A stretch of DNA of 49,954 nucleotides, from contig JAGVYU010000019.1 of the NCBI GenBank assembly GCA_018303105.1, positions 1-49,954 on the forward strand, given 5' to 3'. The notes under the pieces were generated by a model that worked only from the letters and a program-made list of their open reading frames with translations, searched no databases and had not been told where the DNA came from. This DNA is from Candidatus Woesearchaeota archaeon. Lineage in GTDB: Archaea > Nanobdellota > Nanobdellia > Woesearchaeales > JAGVYU01. Of this stretch, positions 43,685 to 49,954 are shown piece by piece (positions within the stretch are counted from its first letter, which is position 1; each line of letters begins with the position of its first letter). A program made the position numbers and the translations under genes.

Positions 43685-43836
43685 TGCCGGAGGGGTGATT
43701 TGAACTCCCGACCTCATGATTATGAGTCATGCGCTCTAGATTTCCCGATTGGGGGCTTGACCGATGGTCAACCCCCGAATTTTTGGTTGAGCTTTTTTGC
43801 TCGCCAAAAAAGATCACCAGGCTGAGCTACTCCGGC
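43685..43836 (-). tRNA. tRNA with CAU anticodon (elongator Met, or Ile2 if modified) carrying a 74-78-nt D-loop intron (about 43738-43815)
   Basis: Acceptor stem GCCGGAG/CTCCGGC. D-stem GCTC…GAGC. Anticodon arm CATGA-CTCATAA-TCATG. T-arm GGGAG-TTCAAAT-CACCC has one A-A mismatch. It is not initiator-like. The 3' intron junction is ambiguous by about 4 nt. Confidence 0.75.
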
Positions 43837-43862
43837 GCGATCCTTTGCAGATTGCGAGGGCT

Positions 43863-43870
43863 TTTATAAA
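43863..43870 (-). promoter_or_regulatory. TATA box for tRNA-Met
   Basis: TTTATAAA lies 27 nt upstream of the tRNA 5' end. Confidence 0.45.
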
Positions 43871-43970
43871 GGTTTTTATAGCGCAACGGGGATCGAAAAC
43901 ACTATTGTAGTAACTGTATAGTAGTGTCAAAAAGGAAAGGTTTATATATGGGTCGTAAATGCTTGAACGT

Positions 43971-45149
43971 ATGGCTAAATCTCGTCACAAATCACCTAAA
44001 TGTGAAGGGAGATTCTCAGAGCTCCGCACAGCACTTTTTCAGGTTGCTGATGATGTCAAAGACTTTGAAGAGGATCCACTATGGTCTGTAAGAAATCGTC
44101 GTGGGCTTGAGAAATTCAGGGAAATCATGGAAGCCGGAGATTATCTTCCTCCATCTCAGTACGACCGCAGAGACCCATATTTTGGCAATATGCGCGACAC
44201 TTTGCGGGGAGACCCCTTAGTGGGAAATCAAGCTAACCACGCATTAAGTCTCGCACCGTTAATTTTTGAAGCACTTCGTAGTAGCCTGAAAATGGATGTA
44301 GAGCGCGCGAGGAGCATGGTCCAGGAGATCGATGTGGGTACACTTGAGCTTGAGCTTGGAATTATTGAAGCTTCGGAAATTACACGAGCAAATTTAGATC
44401 TTCTCAGTCGACTCAACGCTGGAGAGTTGAGGGATATTCTCGGCATGATTGCCGAAAGGGACTGGACGATTACTGCGAACTCGGTCGAGACAGCGGTTAT
44501 CGATGACTATGCACAGTTGTATGTAACTCATCCAAAATTATTGGATGCACTGCGCCTTTTTCATAAGGGAGTGTATCGCCTGGATAAAGAGCTGGGTATT
44601 GACATGGCAAATGTCGTGTTGCCAAGGACGGTTCCCCTTCCAAACGATCATAAGGACAGAAAAAACGGTACTCATTTGTGTGATCTCAAGGGATATGTAC
44701 TCCGCGCTGAATTCGGTCCAGGCATGAACACGGAAGGCACATTGGTAGCCTCAGCGCCATACAGGATTGAGGTGTATAAGGAAGATCGAGAAGCCAGTGG
44801 GCATGGTAATTATATCCCCGTTTTTGGAATGAGTTTTTTCATCAGGCATCCTGACATTATGGTGGTTGCTCAAATTCAAGATATCCGCGGGGCCAGAGTG
44901 CCGGAATGCACAACGCTTGGCTTGGCAGCACTCACGATCGCTGAGAGACTTGGAAGTGTTATGGGATTTAAGCAAATCGAGACATATAGCCGCCACAATC
45001 ATCCTTTGCTTTTGTTGTATCCTGGAGATGAAGAGAGAATGCATCCCATTATTAAAATGAATTTTGAGGAACCAGCCCATATTTTAAAATGGGAACCGCT
45101 TCAGGATAGGGAAAAGGGACCAATTCTAGGTTATAGGAAGCGATTGTAA
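43971..45149 (+). CDS. hypothetical protein
   Basis: Long ORF. I prefer ATG 43971 (MAKSRHK…), 22-30 nt after gtttatatat. Confidence 0.5.
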   Translation: MAKSRHKSPKCEGRFSELRTALFQVADDVKDFEEDPLWSVRNRRGLEKFREIMEAGDYLPPSQYDRRDPYFGNMRDTLRGDPLVGNQANHALSLAPLIFEALRSSLKMDVERARSMVQEIDVGTLELELGIIEASEITRANLDLLSRLNAGELRDILGMIAERDWTITANSVETAVIDDYAQLYVTHPKLLDALRLFHKGVYRLDKELGIDMANVVLPRTVPLPNDHKDRKNGTHLCDLKGYVLRAEFGPGMNTEGTLVASAPYRIEVYKEDREASGHGNYIPVFGMSFFIRHPDIMVVAQIQDIRGARVPECTTLGLAALTIAERLGSVMGFKQIETYSRHNHPLLLLYPGDEERMHPIIKMNFEEPAHILKWEPLQDREKGPILGYRKRL

Positions 45150-45200
45150 CCAGATTTTTCCGCCGTTACCTTTAAAAACCGGACAATACCCCGCAGGGTT

Positions 45201-46496
45201 ATGGCCATAAATCCTCAGGCAGCGGAGCTCAATAATGTCTTGGGGCACAATAACCCAGCAGTCCTCAGGCTGTTATCAGATCGAGGTAAGGCGATTTACT
45301 TTCCTAAAGAGGGCATTGTCGCGCAAAGCGCGGAAGCTAAAGGAAAACGCATAAACGCGACCGCAGGCATCGCGGTTGAGGATGACGGAAGCCCTATGCA
45401 CTTGAAGCCGATCGCCGAAAAGATCCTTCTAGATCCTAAAGACGTTTTTACATACGCCTCAAGCTTTGGAAAGCAGGAGCTCAGGGAGGATTGGAAGCAG
45501 CATATCAAGGATGAAAATCCGAGTGTTACAGAAAGGATGAGCATGCCCGTTGCAACGGGAGCGTTAACGCATGGCCTCAGTGTGGCAGGCTATCTATTTG
45601 TAAACCCTGGCGATCGCATTTACATCTGCGATAAATTCTGGGGAAACTACAGGCTGATCTTTGAGGCAACGTATGGCGCGCAGCTCGAAACATATAATAC
45701 GTTTGCGGAAGGGCATCTTGACATTCAGAGTTTGCGTGAAAAACTGAAGAGGCCCGGGAAAAAAATACTGCTGCTGAATTTTCCAAATAATCCGGCAGGG
45801 TACTCACCAACCATTGACGAGGCGGACAGTATCTTAGATGCTGTTCGTGAATCTGCCGATGAGGGCAATGACATCGCTGTACTCGTTGATGATGCCTACT
45901 TCGGACTGACGTATGAGCCGGGAATATTACGGGAGAGTCTCTTTGGACGGCTGGCGCGTCTGCATAAAAATGTAATAGCCGTGAAAATTGACGGCCCCAC
46001 AAAAGAGGCGTATGTCTGGGGACTGCGTGTCGGCTTTCTGACATTTTCGTATCAAGGCATCAGTGAGGAAGCATGCAAAGCATTGGAGGCTAAAACAGCC
46101 GGAGCAGTAAGAGGCACGATCTCCAATGTAGCACATCTTTCCCAAAGCCTCATCCTTCACGCGCTTCGCTCGGCTGAGTATGCCACTGAAAAAAAGAGGA
46201 CATACGCGATCCTCAAGGCAAGATACGATGAGGTGAAGCGGGTATTGTCTGATCCAAGATTTGCAGATGAGTTCATGGCCTTACCGTTTAATGCAGGATA
46301 CTTTATGTGCGTGCAGCTCAGTCATGCCGACGCGGAAACAGTAAGAAACACGCTGCTGGCTCGATATGACACGGGCGTCATCTCACAGAAAAACCTATTG
46401 CGCATAGCGTTCAGTAGCGTGAAAAAGCAGGACATCCCTGAGCTCTTTGATAATATTTATCGCGCCTGCAATGAGGTTCATTATGGAAGTAAATGA
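45201..46496 (+). CDS. class I/II PLP-dependent aminotransferase
   Basis: LLNFPNNPAGYSPT and …DGPTKEAYVWGLRVGF… motifs. Confidence 0.8.
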   Translation: MAINPQAAELNNVLGHNNPAVLRLLSDRGKAIYFPKEGIVAQSAEAKGKRINATAGIAVEDDGSPMHLKPIAEKILLDPKDVFTYASSFGKQELREDWKQHIKDENPSVTERMSMPVATGALTHGLSVAGYLFVNPGDRIYICDKFWGNYRLIFEATYGAQLETYNTFAEGHLDIQSLREKLKRPGKKILLLNFPNNPAGYSPTIDEADSILDAVRESADEGNDIAVLVDDAYFGLTYEPGILRESLFGRLARLHKNVIAVKIDGPTKEAYVWGLRVGFLTFSYQGISEEACKALEAKTAGAVRGTISNVAHLSQSLILHALRSAEYATEKKRTYAILKARYDEVKRVLSDPRFADEFMALPFNAGYFMCVQLSHADAETVRNTLLARYDTGVISQKNLLRIAFSSVKKQDIPELFDNIYRACNEVHYGSK

Positions 46497-48315
46497 GCGA
46501 AAAAAGCTCGAGGCATTGGGAAATCCATATGTACTTGAGGTTGTTGATACGTATGTGAACCTTTGCAAGCCCGCAAGTGTGAGGGTGCTTACGGATTCGA
46601 AAGAGGATACTGAATATGTGCGGACGCGCGCCCTTCAGCTCGGCGAGGAAAAACCGCTTGCGCTCAAAGGCCACACCGTCCATTTTGACAGCATCCACGA
46701 TCAGGGAAGGGATTCTAAAAACACCCGGGTCCTATTGCCCAAGGGCAAGATCATGAGCAAGAGCATTCTCACTGTCGACAAAGAGGAAGGATTAGGGGAA
46801 ATCATGCAGAGTCTCGACGGTATCATGGCGGGGAGAGAAATGCTCATTTCGTTCTTCTGCCTTGGCCCTGAACATTCAAAATTCTCCATTCCCGCCCTGC
46901 AAATCACAGACTCCGCATACGTTACCCACAGTGAAAGCATTCTGTACAGGTTCGGGTATGATCAATTCAAGCGCTTGAAAGGATCTAAGGAGTTTTTTTA
47001 TTTTATCCATGCGTCTGGAGAGCTCGATGAGCGCGGGAACTCAAAAAACGTTAACAAACGCCGCATATATATCGACCTCGAGGGTGAGAGAGTATTCACA
47101 ATAAATAATCAATACGCGGGAAACAGCGTTGGATTGAAAAAGCTCGCATTGAGGCTTGCGATCAGCAAAGCGAACAATGAAGACTGGCTCTGCGAGCACA
47201 TGTTTCTCATGGGCGTTCACAACAACGGAAGAACAACCTATTTTACAGGTGCGTTCCCAAGCGCGTGCGGCAAAACTAGTACTGCGATGATCCCTGGACA
47301 GACGATCATCGGAGATGATATCGCATATCTCAGACCGGGCGAGAACGGCATTGCATATGGCGTCAATGTCGAGCAGGGTATTTTTGGCATTGCGCAGGAC
47401 GTTAATGTGATTGATGATCCCGTCATTTACAAAGCCCTCACGACTCCCCGAGAGCTCATATTCTCAAACGTCCTCGTCGTCGATGGAAAACCACACTGGC
47501 TCGGTATGGGCCAAGAGCTTCCAGTCAAGGGAGAGAACTTCAGCGGCACCTGGCATAAAGGAAAACTCGGGCCTGATGGAAAAGAAATCCTGCCTGCGCA
47601 TAAGAATGCGAGATACACGATGCGCATCACTGAGCTCGATAACGCTGATCCCCATCTGAATGATCCAAAAGGAGTTCCTGTCAGCGGATTTATTTATGGT
47701 GGCCGGGATTCAGACACTTCTCCTCCTGTCATTGAAAGCTTGAGTTGGAGCCACGGCGTTTTTATGGCGGCTGCTCTTGAATCCGAAGTCGGTTTTGCCA
47801 AGCTCGCAGGTGAGGGAGACCGCATGCATGATCCTATGGCAAACATGGATTTTCTTGTCGTTCCCCTCGGGGTCTATATTAAGAATCATCTGGCGTTCGG
47901 AAAGCGCCTCGGCAAACCGCCCAGAATCTTCGCGACGAATTACTTCCTCAAACGTGATGGAAAATTCGTGAACGCAAAAACGGACAAAAAAATCTGGTTA
48001 TTGTGGATGGAGGGAAGGATTCATGGGGAGTATGGGGCGATTGAAACCCCGATTGGATTCATACCCATGTATGACGACTTGAAAAAACTCTTCAAGGACA
48101 TTTTCAATAAGGACTTCACGAAGGAAGAATATGAATACGCATTTTCAATCAGGATCGCGAAGATTCTTGATGGGCTTAAGAGGATTGAGAAAATCTATGC
48201 AGAAGAGCATGACATCCCTGAACTCTTTCACGAACATTTGAAGCAGCAGAGGCAGCGTCTTCTTGAAGCGCAGAAGAAGCATGGAGATATTATTAGCCCA
48301 TTTAAGCTGCAGTAA
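46483..48315 (+). CDS. pckG: phosphoenolpyruvate carboxykinase (GTP)
   Basis: …FPSACGKTSTAM… kinase-1a/P-loop and …NARYTMRI…GGRDSD… segments. It starts at MEVNERKK and overlaps the aminotransferase end by 14 nt. Confidence 0.9.
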   Translation: MEVNERKKLEALGNPYVLEVVDTYVNLCKPASVRVLTDSKEDTEYVRTRALQLGEEKPLALKGHTVHFDSIHDQGRDSKNTRVLLPKGKIMSKSILTVDKEEGLGEIMQSLDGIMAGREMLISFFCLGPEHSKFSIPALQITDSAYVTHSESILYRFGYDQFKRLKGSKEFFYFIHASGELDERGNSKNVNKRRIYIDLEGERVFTINNQYAGNSVGLKKLALRLAISKANNEDWLCEHMFLMGVHNNGRTTYFTGAFPSACGKTSTAMIPGQTIIGDDIAYLRPGENGIAYGVNVEQGIFGIAQDVNVIDDPVIYKALTTPRELIFSNVLVVDGKPHWLGMGQELPVKGENFSGTWHKGKLGPDGKEILPAHKNARYTMRITELDNADPHLNDPKGVPVSGFIYGGRDSDTSPPVIESLSWSHGVFMAAALESEVGFAKLAGEGDRMHDPMANMDFLVVPLGVYIKNHLAFGKRLGKPPRIFATNYFLKRDGKFVNAKTDKKIWLLWMEGRIHGEYGAIETPIGFIPMYDDLKKLFKDIFNKDFTKEEYEYAFSIRIAKILDGLKRIEKIYAEEHDIPELFHEHLKQQRQRLLEAQKKHGDIISPFKLQ

Positions 48316-48359
48316 AGTTTTCTTCATCTATATCCTTATGTAAATAAATGCTTATAAAC

Positions 48360-49907
48360 ATGAGCGAAAGACGGAGTTCTGGGGTTGATATCATGCCAGG
48401 ACTCGGAGCAGCATTAACACAGCTTGGAATTGAGGATAAGTTTCTTCAGAATGGCGCGTTGGCGCAGTTTCCATTGGCTCAGCGCGGGGCCATCGCTCAG
48501 GAAATCATTGATGAGAAGTTGCGTACGGGAGATTGGCAGACAGTCATCCGAATGATTTATGGTGGTTTTGGGAAGGCAGATGCATTATATGACGGAGATC
48601 ATGCTGCTTTAAGAGATCGCATTATGGAGTCTGCGCTAGCACATCCTCAAAGTTTCCTTGAAGCGTCAAACTTTGATGCATTGGCACACCGCGGTCAAAA
48701 TGAACTGCTTTATCGTTTAGCAACCGAGCTTCCAGATCTCACGTATACAGATATTCACGACATTTCATCAAGAATAACCGAGGAATTTTATGCTGATGAG
48801 CAACACGGGACAGAAAGAAGTCATACGATCCATACCTTGCTAGCCCGAAAGGCGCTGGATAATGGAAATTATCGTGATGCATTTACAAATTTCGCTATCA
48901 TCCATGACCTTGACGGAATTTCATTAGTCTTTGACACGTGGATAAAAGGGAGCAGAAGCTCAGGTGACATCTCGCTTCTTGAGCATATAGCCAAAGCCGA
49001 TCCTGCGCACACGGAAGAGCGAATCAAACAATTGATTTTTCGCGTCGATCTAAGCTATGGCAGTGCGAGCAGCGTATTCCAATTATATCAAAGACACAAG
49101 CCGCAATTTACTCAGGACGAGCAAAAGAGGTTTATGGATATGATGGCTAAAAATTTGTCTTACTATGATATTGATAAGCAGGGTGTCGATCCTGATCTTC
49201 AGCTGCGATGGGCGAAGGAACACGCAAGAAGCGATCCAAAGGCTGCATATCAGATCATGAAACAATTAAACCATCGGGGAAAGAAGATAATCGACGCTGT
49301 CAATGCAGCAATCGCACTTCATGTTAAAGATCCAAGGGGGGGCATGCATGTTTTTGAAATTGATCCTGACCTCTGCCGGGCTGTGTATGACGGCCAGCCT
49401 GAAAGCATACAGATTGACATAGCAAGGCATCTTAAAGATAGCACACTCCTCCGGAAACACAGTTTTACCAAACTTGAGCAAGGGGATTATTATATGGCAT
49501 ATCGCCTCTGGATTGAAAGCGGAGGCAGCATGTCTTCCGATGAGCTGCATGTGATACGAGCAAAGCTGATAACGGAGTCGATGGGTAGACACTCAAGACC
49601 CCCCTTGGAGCGCAATGATATACCCGGCCATATCCAGGCATACGATGCGTTCATGGAAGTTGCACAGGGAAAACCATCGCTTGCTGAAGAGGCGTACAAG
49701 ATCGCCTTGAATATGAACGATGATGAACGCATGCAAAGAGCTCGCGATATGCTCGTGGCCAGCAGCCCCACATGGGCACTGAATACTTTCAGGGAAAAGC
49801 ATGATACAAAAGGAGCACAAATGGCTTTAAATAAAGTCGCAGCCGATACGGGCGCGGATCCTGGAAAACTCATGGAGCTTGTTGAGCTCTATGCTGTTAA
49901 ACACTAG
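48360..49907 (+). CDS. hypothetical protein (large, predicted helical)
   Basis: About 515-aa ORF. I prefer ATG 48360, about 20 nt after tgtaaataaatg. Confidence 0.5.
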   Translation: MSERRSSGVDIMPGLGAALTQLGIEDKFLQNGALAQFPLAQRGAIAQEIIDEKLRTGDWQTVIRMIYGGFGKADALYDGDHAALRDRIMESALAHPQSFLEASNFDALAHRGQNELLYRLATELPDLTYTDIHDISSRITEEFYADEQHGTERSHTIHTLLARKALDNGNYRDAFTNFAIIHDLDGISLVFDTWIKGSRSSGDISLLEHIAKADPAHTEERIKQLIFRVDLSYGSASSVFQLYQRHKPQFTQDEQKRFMDMMAKNLSYYDIDKQGVDPDLQLRWAKEHARSDPKAAYQIMKQLNHRGKKIIDAVNAAIALHVKDPRGGMHVFEIDPDLCRAVYDGQPESIQIDIARHLKDSTLLRKHSFTKLEQGDYYMAYRLWIESGGSMSSDELHVIRAKLITESMGRHSRPPLERNDIPGHIQAYDAFMEVAQGKPSLAEEAYKIALNMNDDERMQRARDMLVASSPTWALNTFREKHDTKGAQMALNKVAADTGADPGKLMELVELYAVKH

Positions 49908-49954
49908 TTTGTTTTTTATTGGTGTATCCTAACTCAGAATTAACTCTCAATCAT

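Noticed and set aside
1-49954. CRISPR arrays, rRNA genes, transposases, reverse transcriptase / diversity-generating retroelement (template and variable repeat pairs)
   Set aside because: I saw no regularly spaced direct repeats, no rRNA-like conserved blocks, no DDE or YxDD motifs, and no long near-identical repeat pair with A-specific mismatches.
1-49954. Alternative genetic code with TGA reassigned
   Set aside because: Many confidently identified genes end at TGA, often in ATGA overlaps (eno/gpmA, eif2a/nop10, alaS/ferredoxin, nrdD). TGA therefore acts as a stop.

Overview
This is a gene-dense archaeal chromosomal segment of about 70 genes on both strands. It looks DPANN-like, but that placement is inference. 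Archaeal hallmarks are the S27e / aIF2-alpha / Nop10 / PAC2 cluster, SepF, an Nre-family repair protein, AMP phosphorylase, and five tRNA genes, four of which carry bulge-helix-bulge (BHB)-type introns. Several of those introns sit at non-canonical positions. Housekeeping content includes eno-gpmA, GTP-dependent PEP carboxykinase, a class I/II aminotransferase, the class III ribonucleotide reductase operon nrdD-nrdG, a short AlaRS plus AlaX, MsrA, a NUDIX hydrolase, an M29 aminopeptidase and an AI-2E permease. An envelope/glycan cluster holds a GT-C membrane transferase, a GT2 transferase, a B12-radical SAM protein and an SDR epimerase. There are three RelE/ParE-like toxin-antitoxin modules, LarA-like and LarC-like genes, a cysteine-rich secreted protein, and about 20 ORFs with no recognisable function. 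Most genes have a TATA box (TTTAAATA, TTTATATA or TTTTTAAA) 20-30 nt upstream of the ATG, which implies leaderless mRNAs. A few genes instead carry a GGAGGTGA-like Shine-Dalgarno site. I recognised no rRNA, CRISPR array, transposase, integrase or reverse transcriptase. The most unusual signals centre on the tRNA genes. First, a modular structured intron family is shared by tRNA-Glu (position 37/38 and the D-loop) and tRNA-Met (D-loop). Second, direct repeats derived from tRNA 3' ends bracket single-gene cassettes next to tRNA-Ser and tRNA-Glu. Other notable points are a separately encoded NrdD glycyl-radical segment, NrdR-box-like tandem operators, a duplicated NUDIX 3' end flanking the larA-like gene, and a GC-rich candidate structured RNA. 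All coordinates, alignments and folds were worked out by eye from the sequence. No database search was run.
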